From NCBI GenBank assembly GCA_963851265.1, contig CAWKNZ010000002.1, positions 960,001 through 1,024,000 of the forward strand: a stretch of DNA of 64,000 nt, given 5' to 3'. The notes beneath the pieces are model-generated. The model was not told where the DNA came from, ran no database searches, and saw only the letters and a list, made by a program, of their open reading frames with translations. Shown piece by piece: positions 43,589-52,986 of the stretch; the stretch's first letter is position 1; each line of letters opens with the position of its first letter. This DNA is from an uncultured Gemmatimonadales bacterium. Lineage in GTDB: Bacteria > Gemmatimonadota > Gemmatimonadetes > Gemmatimonadales > Gemmatimonadaceae. The translations under genes and the position numbers were made by a program.

Positions 43589-44248
43589 GTGACACCGCGC
43601 GTCGAGTCCTGGGTACTCGGCGCGTTCCAGGAGAACGGCTACCTCGTTTCGGACCCCTCGACCGGGGCGGCCGTGCTCGTCGACCCGGGCGACGACGGCG
43701 AGCGCCTCGTCGCGGCCGTGCGCGCATCGCTCCGGGCGCACGACCTGCGGCTCGAGGGGGTGTGGCTCACGCACGCGCACCTCGACCACGTCGGCGCGCT
43801 CGCGGACGTCAAGCGGGCGTTCGACGTGCCCGTGCACCTGCACCCGCTGGACCGACCGACGTTCGACTATGCGCCGCGCGCGGCCGCGATGTACGGACTT
43901 CCGTGGACGCCCCAACCCGCCCCCGACCAGGACTTCACCGAGGGCCAGGAGCTCGCGCTCGGCGACCTGCGCTTCCACGTGATGCACGCGCCGGGGCACG
44001 CGCCCGGGCACGTCGTGATCCACGGTCATGGCATCGTGCTCGGTGGCGACGTGCTGTTCCAGGGCTCCGTGGGGCGCGTCGACCTGCCCGGCGCGGACCC
44101 GCGGGCGTTCTCGCGCACGCTCGAACGCGTGGCCGCGCTGCCGCCCGAGACGGTCGTTTACCCGGGGCACGGGCCGCCGACGGCGATCGGCCGCGAGCTC
44201 GCGTCCAACCCGTTCCTGAACGGCGGCGCGCGCGTCCGCGGCGGATGA
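43589..44248 (+). CDS. MBL-fold metallohydrolase (glyoxalase II/YcbL-like)
   Basis: THAHLDHVG, PGHAPGH, GDVLF..SVGR.D, PGHG. Confidence 0.9.
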   Translation: MTPRVESWVLGAFQENGYLVSDPSTGAAVLVDPGDDGERLVAAVRASLRAHDLRLEGVWLTHAHLDHVGALADVKRAFDVPVHLHPLDRPTFDYAPRAAAMYGLPWTPQPAPDQDFTEGQELALGDLRFHVMHAPGHAPGHVVIHGHGIVLGGDVLFQGSVGRVDLPGADPRAFSRTLERVAALPPETVVYPGHGPPTAIGRELASNPFLNGGARVRGG

Positions 44249-44742
44249 CGACCGCTGCGTCCGCGACGGCCCCGGTCGGCCGACTCATGCTGTCCGGCAC
44301 GGTGCTCGCGCTATGGCTCGGCGCGGCGCTGCTCACGGCCGCGGTGGTTGCCCCGGCGGCTTTCGCCGTGCTGCCCACGCGGGCACTTGCCGGCGCGCTC
44401 GTTGGGCGCGTGCTGCCGACGATATTCGTCGGCGGCGTTGTCGTCGGGATCGCGGGCGCCGTGCTCGCGGCGGGGGCGGGGGGCGCGTACGCCCGCGGCC
44501 GCATCGCGTTGCCCGCGCTCTGCGCGGTTCTCTGCGGCGCGGCCCAGTTCGGCGTGACGCCCCGCATTCAGACGCTCCGCGCGCAGATGGGGCCCGACAT
44601 CGAAGCGCTGCCCAGGGACGACCCGCGCCGCGCGGAGTTCGGCAAGCTGCACGGCGTGTCGGTGCTCTTCATGGGGGCCGCCGGGCTCGCCGCCGGCGCG
44701 GCGATCATGCTCACGGCCGTCGCCGCGACGCGCGACCCGTGA
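44245..44742 (+). CDS. DUF4149-like membrane protein
   Basis: Four TM, VVAPAAF..LP, FGKLHGVS; ATGA overlap. Confidence 0.72.
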   Translation: MTTAASATAPVGRLMLSGTVLALWLGAALLTAAVVAPAAFAVLPTRALAGALVGRVLPTIFVGGVVVGIAGAVLAAGAGGAYARGRIALPALCAVLCGAAQFGVTPRIQTLRAQMGPDIEALPRDDPRRAEFGKLHGVSVLFMGAAGLAAGAAIMLTAVAATRDP

Positions 44743-44924
44743 CGCGCGAGCCGTGACGCTGCGCGGCTGACGACACGCACCTCGTCATCGGTCGCCGCGC
44801 GTCGATTGAAGGATCGCCTCCCGGCGAACGCGCGCCCGGCGCCGCGTTTGCGGGAGGTTCGCGAGCGGCGCCGACCCGCAGCCGCGCTCGGGACGACCGC
44901 TCGTACTCCACACACCTCCGCATC

Positions 44925-46358
44925 ATGACGACCACGACTGCCACCCGCACCGAAAAGGACCCCCTCGGCGAGCTGCAGGTGCCGGCCGACGCGCTATACG
45001 GCGTTCAGACGCTGCGCGCCCGCCAGAACTTTCCGATCAGCGGACTCCAGCCCCTCTGGCCGTTCGTGCAGGCGCAGGTGTGGATCAAAAAGGCAGCGGC
45101 ACTCACCCACAAGGAAACGGGGCGCCTCGACGCGGAGCGCGCCGACGCGATCGTGCGCGCGGCCGACGAGGTGCTCGCGCATCAGTGGGACGACCAGTTC
45201 GTCGTCGACCCGTACCAGGCGGGCGCGGGCACGTCGCACAACATGAACGTGAACGAGGTGCTCGCGAATCGCGCGAACGAGTTGTTAGGCGGCGAGCGCG
45301 GGACGTACAAGCCCGTGCACCCCAACGACCACGTCAACATGGCGCAGTCGACCAACGACACGATCCCGACCAACATCCGGTTGGCCGCGCTGTCGCAGCT
45401 CGGAGGGCTCGTCGGGGCGTTCGAGGCGCTGCGCGACGCGCTCGCGGACAAGGGGCGCGAGTTCGACCACGTCGTCAAGGCCGGTCGTACCCACCTGCAG
45501 GACGCCATGCCGATCCGCCTCGGGCAGGAGTTCACCGCGTACGCCGGATCGATCGACCGCGCGCTGCGCCGCGCGGTACAGGCGGCAGACTATCTGCGCG
45601 ACCTCGGCATCGGCGGATCGGCCGTCGGGACCGGAGTCACGGTCGAGGAGCAGTACCCGGCGCTGATGAATCGATATCTGCGCGAGATCACCGGACTCGA
45701 ACTTCGCGTCGGCGAGGATCGCATCCAGTTGATGCAGAGCATGGGCGACGCCGCCGCGTTCAGCGCAACCCTGCGCGGGCTCGCCATCGACCTGTCCAAG
45801 ATCGTGAGCGACCTGCGCCTCATGGTGATGGGCCCGCGCACCGGAATCGACGAGATCAAGCTTCCCGCCGTTCAGCCGGGCAGTTCGATCATGCCGGGGA
45901 AGATCAATCCGTCGATCCCCGAAATGGTCAACCAGGTGTGCTTCCAGGTGATCGGGTGCGACACGACCGTCGCGGTGGCCAGCGAGCACGGGCAACTCGA
46001 GCTGAACGTGATGATGCCGGTCATCGCGCACAACCTGCTGCTCAGCATGCGGATCCTGACGAACGCGGCCGCGGTGCTCACCGAACGCACGGTTCGCGGG
46101 ATCGAGGCGAACGAGGACATGTGCGCGTACTGGGTCGAGCGATCGGCCGCGCTCGCGACCGCGCTCATGCCGCACATCGGTTATGCCCGCGCGGCGGAAC
46201 TCAGCAAGCAGTCGGTCAAGGAGGGCGTGCTCATCCGCGAGATGGTCAAGCGCGATCGGATACTGCCCGACGCCCAAGCGGACGACGTGCTCGACCTTCG
46301 CAAGATGACCGAAATCGGCGTCCCCGGGGGTGCGCACGGCATGGTCGCCGGCGGTTGA
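44925..46358 (+). CDS. aspA: Aspartate ammonia-lyase (class II fumarase/aspartase family)
   Basis: GAGTSHNMN, HPNDHVN..QSTND, GRTHLQDA, GSSIMPGKINP, GQLELNVM; fumC not excluded. Confidence 0.8.
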   Translation: MTTTTATRTEKDPLGELQVPADALYGVQTLRARQNFPISGLQPLWPFVQAQVWIKKAAALTHKETGRLDAERADAIVRAADEVLAHQWDDQFVVDPYQAGAGTSHNMNVNEVLANRANELLGGERGTYKPVHPNDHVNMAQSTNDTIPTNIRLAALSQLGGLVGAFEALRDALADKGREFDHVVKAGRTHLQDAMPIRLGQEFTAYAGSIDRALRRAVQAADYLRDLGIGGSAVGTGVTVEEQYPALMNRYLREITGLELRVGEDRIQLMQSMGDAAAFSATLRGLAIDLSKIVSDLRLMVMGPRTGIDEIKLPAVQPGSSIMPGKINPSIPEMVNQVCFQVIGCDTTVAVASEHGQLELNVMMPVIAHNLLLSMRILTNAAAVLTERTVRGIEANEDMCAYWVERSAALATALMPHIGYARAAELSKQSVKEGVLIREMVKRDRILPDAQADDVLDLRKMTEIGVPGGAHGMVAGG

Positions 46359-46559
46359 CGCGCTCCGTGGACACCGTCCGTCCGGAAGTTGGGACGGGCC
46401 GGGCGACGCGGTTCCGGCGTTGAGCCCGTAACTCCGCGTAGCCGTTGGAGTTCGCCGGCCGCCGGGGCGGCGCCCGGCCCGGGTATGGACGGTGCGAGTG
46501 GTAGGACCGTGGGCCGAAGCCTTGGCCCTCGGTCGTCCCTCACAGCCCCGGAGTTTCCC

Positions 46560-46970
46560 ATGCGTGCTCGCGCGTATCTCTCCCTACTCTCCCTCGCCGC
46601 CGCGGCGTCGACCGCCGCCGCGTCGGTCGCGGCGGCGCAGCCCGGCCGCTCCGCATTCGTCTGCCGCGATGGCGCGCGTGTTTTCGGCCGCAACCCGAGC
46701 GCGTGCGCTGGACACCACGGGTTCGACGCGCGCGCCACGCAGGCGCTCCGCGACGGGGTGTTACGTCGTGACGCCGGTTATCAAGCCGGGCGCTACCCGG
46801 ACGGCCAGCGGACGGACGGCGTGTACGATCAGCGCCGCACCGACGTCGACTCTCGCGGCCGCGATGCGCGTCGCGACGAGACCCGTCGCGACGATCGCCG
46901 CGATGCGCGCCGCGACGACCGGCACGATGACCGCCAAAACAACCGGCACGAACGCGACGGCCGGCCGTAG
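46560..46970 (+). CDS. Secreted small protein with DUF3761-like Cys/His motif and Arg/Asp repeat tail
   Basis: Signal peptide; CRDG..ACAGHHG; RRDETRRDDRRDARRDD tail. Confidence 0.6.
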   Translation: MRARAYLSLLSLAAAASTAAASVAAAQPGRSAFVCRDGARVFGRNPSACAGHHGFDARATQALRDGVLRRDAGYQAGRYPDGQRTDGVYDQRRTDVDSRGRDARRDETRRDDRRDARRDDRHDDRQNNRHERDGRP

Positions 46971-47058
46971 CTCCGCGGCGGTGCACTCGGGGTGATCTGT
47001 GCCCGCTCGACCGCGTCGGGGGCTGACCCACGTGTCGCCGGGCGTCTACCTTGAACGG

Positions 47059-47586
47059 GTGCGCATCACCACCTGGGCCGAATACGGACTGATCTGTGCT
47101 CTCCACCTCGCGCGCCGGGCCGACGACGGCCCGGTGACCGGGCGCGACATCGCGGCGAAGGAGCGGCTGCCGGCGGACTACGTCGAGCAGATTCTGCTTC
47201 GGCTCCGACGCGCCGAGATCGTCCGCAGCACGCGGGGCGCGCGAGGCGGCTACGCCCTCGCGCGCCCCGCGGACGAGGTCACCGTTCGCGAGATCATCCA
47301 GGCAAGCGAACTCTCGACGTTCGACCTGCACTGCGTGTCGAATCCGGTCGAGGAAGGGCGCTGCGCCGAGTCGCACAGCTGCAGCATCCGCCCAGTCTGG
47401 CAGATGCTCCAGCGGCGCATCGACGACGTTCTCGAGTCGGTCCGCCTCTCAGACCTGCTCATGGAGGAGGCGGCGGTCCGCGAGCGCGTCGGCCTTCCAC
47501 CGCGGGTCGCCGTGCCCGACCTGGCGGGCGTCTCCGGCGGCGTCGACGCTGAGGATCCACGCCGGCTCCCGGTGCTCCAACGCTGA
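47059..47586 (+). CDS. Rrf2-family regulator (IscR-like)
   Basis: RITTWAEYGL, YVEQIL..LRRA, STRGARGGY, C-x9-C-x5-C; GTG start 47059. Confidence 0.88.
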   Translation: MRITTWAEYGLICALHLARRADDGPVTGRDIAAKERLPADYVEQILLRLRRAEIVRSTRGARGGYALARPADEVTVREIIQASELSTFDLHCVSNPVEEGRCAESHSCSIRPVWQMLQRRIDDVLESVRLSDLLMEEAAVRERVGLPPRVAVPDLAGVSGGVDAEDPRRLPVLQR

Positions 47587-47663
47587 CGCCCCGCCGCGGC
47601 GATCAGGCGCGCGGGGCGCGGGCGTTCGTCGCGGGCGCGTTCGCCGAGCCGGACGAGTCGGAC

Positions 47664-48089
47664 GTGCAGCAGCTCGCCGAGCTGGCGACGCGCGGCGATG
47701 TGGATCACGCGCGGTGGGAGCTCCGCTACGCGAGCCGCGCGCTGGCGGTGCTGGTGGCCGAGCGCCGCGGCCACGACGATCGAACACCGTCGCTCGTGGC
47801 TGCGGCGGTCCACGACGCCTTCGTGATCGATCCGCGCGTTGCCGCGGATGCGCGCCCGCTCGCCGAGCGCCAGTTCAACGACAGGCTCGCGGCGTACCGC
47901 GACGAGTTCAGAGCGCGGACGCGTGAGCCGGCCGCCACCCGCCTCGCGCGCGTGCTCCTCGTGTTCGCCGGCGCGGTGCGCGTGGCGCGCGGGCAGGGGC
48001 TCGCCACCATCTCCGGTCTCATGGCGCGGCTGCTCGACCACACCGCCGCGGAGTTCGATCGGACGCTCGGCGTCTCGGCGAACGCGTAG
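47664..48089 (+). CDS. Hypothetical protein; true start may be CTG at 47583
   Basis: Helical-looking 141-aa ORF; frame open upstream to 47553. Confidence 0.6.
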   Translation: MQQLAELATRGDVDHARWELRYASRALAVLVAERRGHDDRTPSLVAAAVHDAFVIDPRVAADARPLAERQFNDRLAAYRDEFRARTREPAATRLARVLLVFAGAVRVARGQGLATISGLMARLLDHTAAEFDRTLGVSANA

Positions 48090-48110
48090 CCGCAGCAGCG
48101 CGCGGCGTCG

Positions 48111-48154
48111 AAAACGTCGACGAGGGGCGCACCGCTATGGCGCGCCCCTCGTCG
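48111..48154 (-). terminator. Terminator downstream of tRNA-Leu
   Basis: CGACGAGGGGCGC-N11-GCGCCCCTCGTCG, then ACGTTTT on minus strand. Confidence 0.7.
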
Positions 48155-48158
48155 TCAG

Positions 48159-48242
48159 TGCTCGGGGGGGGACTTGAACCCCCACGTCGTCTCCGACACA
48201 GGCTTCTGAGACCTGCGTGTCTACCAGTTCCACCACCCGAGC
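48159..48242 (-). tRNA. tRNA-Leu(CAG), 3' CCA not encoded
   Basis: Reverse complement GCTCGGGTGGTGGAACTGGTAGACACGCAGGTCTCAGAAGCCTG..GGTTCAAGTCC..CCCGAGCA; long variable arm. Confidence 0.96.
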
Positions 48243-48433
48243 GGCGGTCGCCGCGCGTGACTTCGCCGACGAGCTCCGTGGCGGGTCGCGATGCACCGGG
48301 CCGCGGAGAGCGGGGTAACGTAGTCGCGGCCGTTCGGAGCGTCAACGGAACCGCCGCGGCCCCACTCGATGTAGCTTCGCCGTAACGCGGCCGCGGTCGC
48401 GTCAGCTTCCCTCGTAATCGTCCGAACGTTCTC

Positions 48434-48931
48434 ATGGCCAAGTCGTCGCCCGCGGGCAAGACCGCCGCCGACAAGGCGCGCGCACAAGACGGCCCGATCG
48501 CGCGCCACAAGCGGGCGCGGTTCGACTATCACGTCGTCGAGACGTGGGAGGCGGGCATCGTGCTGACCGGCACGGAGGTCAAGGCGCTCCGAGCCGGCAA
48601 GGCGACGCTCACCGACGCGTTCGGCATCGTCAAGGACGGCGAGGTGTTCCTGCTCAACCTGCACATCGGGCAGTACGAGCAGGGGAACGTGTTCAACCAC
48701 GAGCCCACGCGCACGCGCAAGCTGCTCCTGCACCAGAAGGAGATCCGCCGCATGATCGGCGCCGTCGAGCGCGAGGGGCTCACGCTCGTCCCGCTCGACC
48801 TCTACCTGAAGGGGGGGCGCGTCAAGGTCACGCTGGCCCTCGCGAAGGGTAAGAAGCAGCACGACAAGCGCGAGGACCTCCGCCGCAAGGACGACGAGCG
48901 CGAGATGGCGCGCGTCGCCCGCGCCCGTTAG
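48434..48931 (+). CDS. smpB: SsrA-binding protein
   Basis: KRARFDY, EAGIVLTGTEVK, RTRKLLLH, GKKQHDKRE. Confidence 0.97.
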   Translation: MAKSSPAGKTAADKARAQDGPIARHKRARFDYHVVETWEAGIVLTGTEVKALRAGKATLTDAFGIVKDGEVFLLNLHIGQYEQGNVFNHEPTRTRKLLLHQKEIRRMIGAVEREGLTLVPLDLYLKGGRVKVTLALAKGKKQHDKREDLRRKDDEREMARVARAR

Positions 48932-48935
48932 GCAC

Positions 48936-50348
48936 GTGGCGCGCGCGGGGCGCGTACGGGGGTGTGGCGCCGCGTTCGCAGTCGTGGCGCTCGCGGCGGC
49001 GGCGCCGCGCGCGCGCGCGCAGACGACGCCCGACCTCGTCGTGCGCACGCCCGCCGGCGCAGAGCGGCGCGTACCGGTCGTGAGCGTCGAGACGGCGGCC
49101 GGACCGCGCGACTTCGTTCGGCTCGACGCGTTCGCGACGGCCGTCGGCGCGCAGGTCACGCTGCGCGCTGATGGCGAGAGCGCGCGCTTCGAGTTCGGCG
49201 GCGCGGCCGTCGAGGTGCGTGATGGTCTGCCGTACGTCCGTGCGGGGACGACCGAGTTGCCGCTCGCCGCGGCGCCGACGCGTGACGCGCGTGGCCTGCT
49301 CGTCCCGACGCAGTTCGCCGTCGACCTCGTGCCGCGGCTCGTCCGGTCGGTCGCCTATGACGCGTCCACGCGTACGCTCGCGCCGGTCCGGATCGCCGCG
49401 CGCGCGACGGCGCGGGGCGCGCGCTCGGGCGCGCGCACGCCGACGGTCGCGGCCGCACCAACGCATGCCGCCGAGAGCGCGGCCGACTCGACCGCCCCAG
49501 TGGCGGCGGCCGTGCGCCTCGCGTCACCGCCACCCCGCGCGCGCCCCGCCGCGGACGCGAGCACGGCCGTGACCGCGGACGCGACCGCCGACGCACGACT
49601 CGACGCCGTCGGCGACGCCTCGGCGCGCGCGCATCGCATCGTAGCGGTGGACGCCGGGCACGGCGGTCCGGACGCCGGCATGCGTGGCGTGCTCGTCGAC
49701 GGCACACCGCTCGTCGAGAAGGACGTCACGCTCGGCGTCGCGCGCGCACTGCGTGGCGCGCTCATGGCGCGCGGCATCGGCGTGGTGATGACTCGCACGA
49801 CCGATACCCTCATCTCGCTCGGCGACCGGGGTCGAATTGCGAACGCACGGCACGCCGACCTGTTCGTCTCCGTGCACGTGAACGCGGCGAACCCGGGCTG
49901 GCGCGACCCGTCGGCCGCGCGCGGCTTCGAGACGTATTTCCTGTCGGAGGCGCGCACCGAAGAGGCCCGCCAAGTCGCGGACCGGGAAAACGCCTCGACG
50001 CGCTTCGAGACGGGGCTGGCTCCCAACGGCGTTGCCGACCCGCTGCGGTTCGTGATGAGCGACCTCGCGTCGAACGCGCACTTACGCGAATCCAGCCGAC
50101 TCGCCGCGGACGTGCAGACGCAACTCGAGCGCGTGCATCCGGGCCCCAACCGACGCGTCCATCAGGCCGGCTTCAAGGTGCTCGTGACCGCCGCGATGCC
50201 CGCGGTGCTCGTCGAGGTCGGGTTCGGCTCCAACCCGGAGGATGCCGCGTACCTCGCCAGCGTGCGCGGCCGCCGCGAGCTCGCCGAGGCGATCGCGAGC
50301 GCGGTCAGCGACTTCCTCGTCCGGTACGTCCGGAAGCCCGCTGAATGA
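48936..50348 (+). CDS. N-acetylmuramoyl-L-alanine amidase (Amidase_3)
   Basis: Signal peptide; DAGHGG, EK, SVHVNA, VLVEVGF. Confidence 0.9.
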   Translation: MARAGRVRGCGAAFAVVALAAAAPRARAQTTPDLVVRTPAGAERRVPVVSVETAAGPRDFVRLDAFATAVGAQVTLRADGESARFEFGGAAVEVRDGLPYVRAGTTELPLAAAPTRDARGLLVPTQFAVDLVPRLVRSVAYDASTRTLAPVRIAARATARGARSGARTPTVAAAPTHAAESAADSTAPVAAAVRLASPPPRARPAADASTAVTADATADARLDAVGDASARAHRIVAVDAGHGGPDAGMRGVLVDGTPLVEKDVTLGVARALRGALMARGIGVVMTRTTDTLISLGDRGRIANARHADLFVSVHVNAANPGWRDPSAARGFETYFLSEARTEEARQVADRENASTRFETGLAPNGVADPLRFVMSDLASNAHLRESSRLAADVQTQLERVHPGPNRRVHQAGFKVLVTAAMPAVLVEVGFGSNPEDAAYLASVRGRRELAEAIASAVSDFLVRYVRKPAE

Positions 50349-51292
50349 CGACGTCGTCCGACGCACGCCTCCGCGTCAGCGCGGCCGGACTCGAATTCCG
50401 AAACCCGATCGTCCTGGCCTCGGGAACGGCCGGCTACGGGCACGAACTTGCCGACGTCATGGACTTCGCGCGGCTCGGCGGTATCGCGACCAAGGCGGTC
50501 AGCGTGGCCCCACGCGCCGGAAACGCCGCGCCGCGCGTCGCGGAGTTTCCGGGCGGTATGCTCAACGCCGTCGGACTGGCAAATCCCGGCCTCGACCGGG
50601 TGCGCGCCGAGCACTTGCCGCGGCTCGCGGCGTGTCGCGCCGGCATGCGCGTTCTGGTCAACGTCGTCGGATTTGCCGTTTCGGATTTCGCGACGGTCGT
50701 GTCCGGGCTCGACGGCGTGGGCGCCGTGGACGCGTTCGAGCTGAACGTGAGCTGCCCGAACGTGAAGGCGGGTGGTCTCGAGTTCGGGGCCGACCCGACC
50801 GCCCTCGCGCAGGTGGTTCGGAGCGCGCGCGAGGTGACGCGACGACCGATCTTCGTCAAGCTCTCGCCCACGCTTCCCGACGTCGCGCGTGCCGCGCTCA
50901 CGGCGGCCGAGGCCGGGGCGAACGGAGTCACCCTGGTCAATACGATGCCTGGTCTCGTCATCGACACCACACGCCGGCGTCCGGCGCTCGGGTATGGAAG
51001 CGGCGGCGCGAGCGGGGCGGGGCTCCTGCCGGCCGGCGTGCTCGCCACGTGGCGAGTTCGCCGCGCGACCGAGGGACGGCTGCCGATCGTTGGGCTCGGG
51101 GGTGTTCGTTCGGCGGACGATGCGCTGCAGTACCTGCTGGCCGGCGCCGCGCTGGTCGGCGTTGGCACGGCGTCGATGCAGGACCCCCGCGCGCCGGAGC
51201 GAATCGCCCGCGGGCTCGAGGCGTGGGCCGAACGGGAGGGGGTTCGGTCGATCGCGGACGTGGTCGGGACCGTCGAGTGGCCGACGTCGTGA
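50345..51292 (+). CDS. pyrD: Dihydroorotate dehydrogenase, family 1
   Basis: NPIVLASGT, NAVGLANPG, ELNVSCPN, VKLSP. Confidence 0.92.
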   Translation: MTTSSDARLRVSAAGLEFRNPIVLASGTAGYGHELADVMDFARLGGIATKAVSVAPRAGNAAPRVAEFPGGMLNAVGLANPGLDRVRAEHLPRLAACRAGMRVLVNVVGFAVSDFATVVSGLDGVGAVDAFELNVSCPNVKAGGLEFGADPTALAQVVRSAREVTRRPIFVKLSPTLPDVARAALTAAEAGANGVTLVNTMPGLVIDTTRRRPALGYGSGGASGAGLLPAGVLATWRVRRATEGRLPIVGLGGVRSADDALQYLLAGAALVGVGTASMQDPRAPERIARGLEAWAEREGVRSIADVVGTVEWPTS

Positions 51293-52017
51293 CCGAGCGC
51301 GCGTCCCCGGTCGACTTGATCGTCGCGCTGGACCGGCCGACGCTGGCCGGCGCCCTCGAGATCGTCGACGCGCTCGGCGACGCGTGCCGGTTCTACAAGG
51401 TCGGACTCGAGCTGTTCACCGCGAGCGGGCCGAGCGCGGTCGACGCCGTGCGGGCGCGTGGAGCGGAGGTGTTCCTCGACCTCAAGCTGCACGACATTCC
51501 CGCGACGGTGCGTGGCGCGGCGGCGCGCGCGGCCGCGCTTGGCGCACGGCTTCTGACCGTGCATGCGAGCGGCGGGACCGCGATGGTCCGCGCCGCCGTC
51601 GATGGCTCGGCGTCGGAAGGCGGCGCGTGTGACATTCTCGCGGTCACGGTCCTGACGTCGCTCGACGGGCCCGCGCTGGCGACGGCTTGGGGCCGGCCGG
51701 ATGTGCAACCGCCCGCTGAGGTCGTGCGACTCGCGGGGCTAACGGCCGAGGCTGGTGCGCACGGCGTCGTGTGTTCCGGGGCGGAGGTCGCCGGCGTGCG
51801 GGCCGCCGTGCCGGGCCTCGCGACGCTCGTTCCCGGGCTTCGGATGCCGGGGGATGCGGCGAACGACCAGGCGCGGGTCGTCACGCCAGCGGCGGCGTTC
51901 GCGTCGGGTGCTCGGTACCTGGTGCTGGGGCGGGCGGTCACGGCGGCGGCCGAACCACGCGCGGCGATGGCGCGGGTGCGGGCGTCGTTGGGGGCGAGCG
52001 CTCCCGCGACAATTTGA
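51289..52017 (+). CDS. pyrF: Orotidine-5'-phosphate decarboxylase
   Basis: LIVALD, KVG, DLKLHDIP.TV, VTVLTS, DQARV. Confidence 0.94.
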   Translation: MTERASPVDLIVALDRPTLAGALEIVDALGDACRFYKVGLELFTASGPSAVDAVRARGAEVFLDLKLHDIPATVRGAAARAAALGARLLTVHASGGTAMVRAAVDGSASEGGACDILAVTVLTSLDGPALATAWGRPDVQPPAEVVRLAGLTAEAGAHGVVCSGAEVAGVRAAVPGLATLVPGLRMPGDAANDQARVVTPAAAFASGARYLVLGRAVTAAAEPRAAMARVRASLGASAPATI

Positions 52018-52029
52018 CGCGCCGGCCCC

Positions 52030-52059
52030 TTGCATGTGGGGCCTAACTCCCGTTAATTG
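52030..52059 (+). promoter_or_regulatory. Putative sigma70-type promoter for rpmJ-alpha cluster
   Basis: TTGCAT followed 16-18 nt later by AT-rich GTTAATTG in an otherwise GC-rich gap. Confidence 0.4.
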
Positions 52060-52103
52060 CGGGACTTGGCCGCAAATCTCCCTCGCATGGACGGAGCGTT
52101 ACT

Positions 52104-52220
52104 GTGAAAGTCCGCAGCAGCGTGAAGCCGATCTGCGAGCACTGCAAGGTCGTGAAGCGCGACGGCGTGACTCGCATCATCTGCTCTCGTAATCCCAAGC
52201 ACAAGCAGCGTCAGGGCTGA
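52104..52220 (+). CDS. rpmJ: 50S ribosomal protein L36 (Zn-ribbon form; absent from ORF track)
   Basis: GTG start, [45 protein letters not shown]. Confidence 0.96.
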   Translation: MKVRSSVKPICEHCKVVKRDGVTRIICSRNPKHKQRQG

Positions 52221-52225
52221 CTGGA

Positions 52226-52603
52226 ATGGCTCGTATCGCAGGCGTCGATCTCCCTCGTGACAAGAAGGTCGAGATCGGGCTCACTTACATTTTCGGCATC
52301 GGCCGCACTACGGCGCTCAAGATCCTCGAAGGTTCGGGGGTGAGTGCCGACCAGCGCGTGCGTGACCTGAGCGACGCGGACGTCGCCCGCCTGCGCGCCG
52401 AGATTGAGCGCAGCCACAAGGTCGAGGGGGCGCTTCGGACCGAGGTGTCCATGAACGTCAAGCGGCTCATGGACATTGGGTCGTATCGCGGCATCCGCCA
52501 CCGTCGCGGGCTGCCGGTGCGCGGCCAGCGGACGCACACGAACGCCCGGACGAAGCGTGGCCCGCGCCGCGCCATCGCCGGCAAGAAGAAGGTCACGAAG
52601 TAA
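52226..52603 (+). CDS. rpsM: 30S ribosomal protein S13
   Basis: [26 protein letters not shown]. Confidence 0.98.
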   Translation: MARIAGVDLPRDKKVEIGLTYIFGIGRTTALKILEGSGVSADQRVRDLSDADVARLRAEIERSHKVEGALRTEVSMNVKRLMDIGSYRGIRHRRGLPVRGQRTHTNARTKRGPRRAIAGKKKVTK

Positions 52604-52605
52604 CC

Positions 52606-52983
52606 ATGGCTACCGCGAAGAAGACCAAGAAGGTCGTCGAGGCGGAGGGCGTCGCCCACATTCAGGCGACGTTCAACAACACGACGATCACCATCACCGA
52701 CCCGCGTGGCAACACCGTGTCGTGGGGCTCCTCGGGGAAGGCCGGCTTCAAGGGCTCGAAGAAGAGCACGCCGTTCGCCGCGACCGTCGCCTCCGAGCAG
52801 GCCGCGAAGGAAGCGATGACGGCCGGCGTTCGCCGCGTGCACGTGCGCGTGCAGGGTCCGGGCTCGGGCCGCGAGAGCGCCGTGCAGGCGCTCGCGGCGG
52901 CCGGACTCACGGTCAAGTCCATCAAGGACGTGACGCCGATCGCGCACAACGGTTGCCGGCCGCCCAAGCGGCGGAGGGTCTGA
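52606..52983 (+). CDS. rpsK: 30S ribosomal protein S11
   Basis: [31 protein letters not shown]. Confidence 0.98.
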   Translation: MATAKKTKKVVEAEGVAHIQATFNNTTITITDPRGNTVSWGSSGKAGFKGSKKSTPFAATVASEQAAKEAMTAGVRRVHVRVQGPGSGRESAVQALAAAGLTVKSIKDVTPIAHNGCRPPKRRRV

Positions 52984-52986
52984 CCG

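Noticed and set aside
46868..46950. CRISPR-like short repeats
   Set aside because: Imperfect 12-nt coding repeats without spacers; no cas genes
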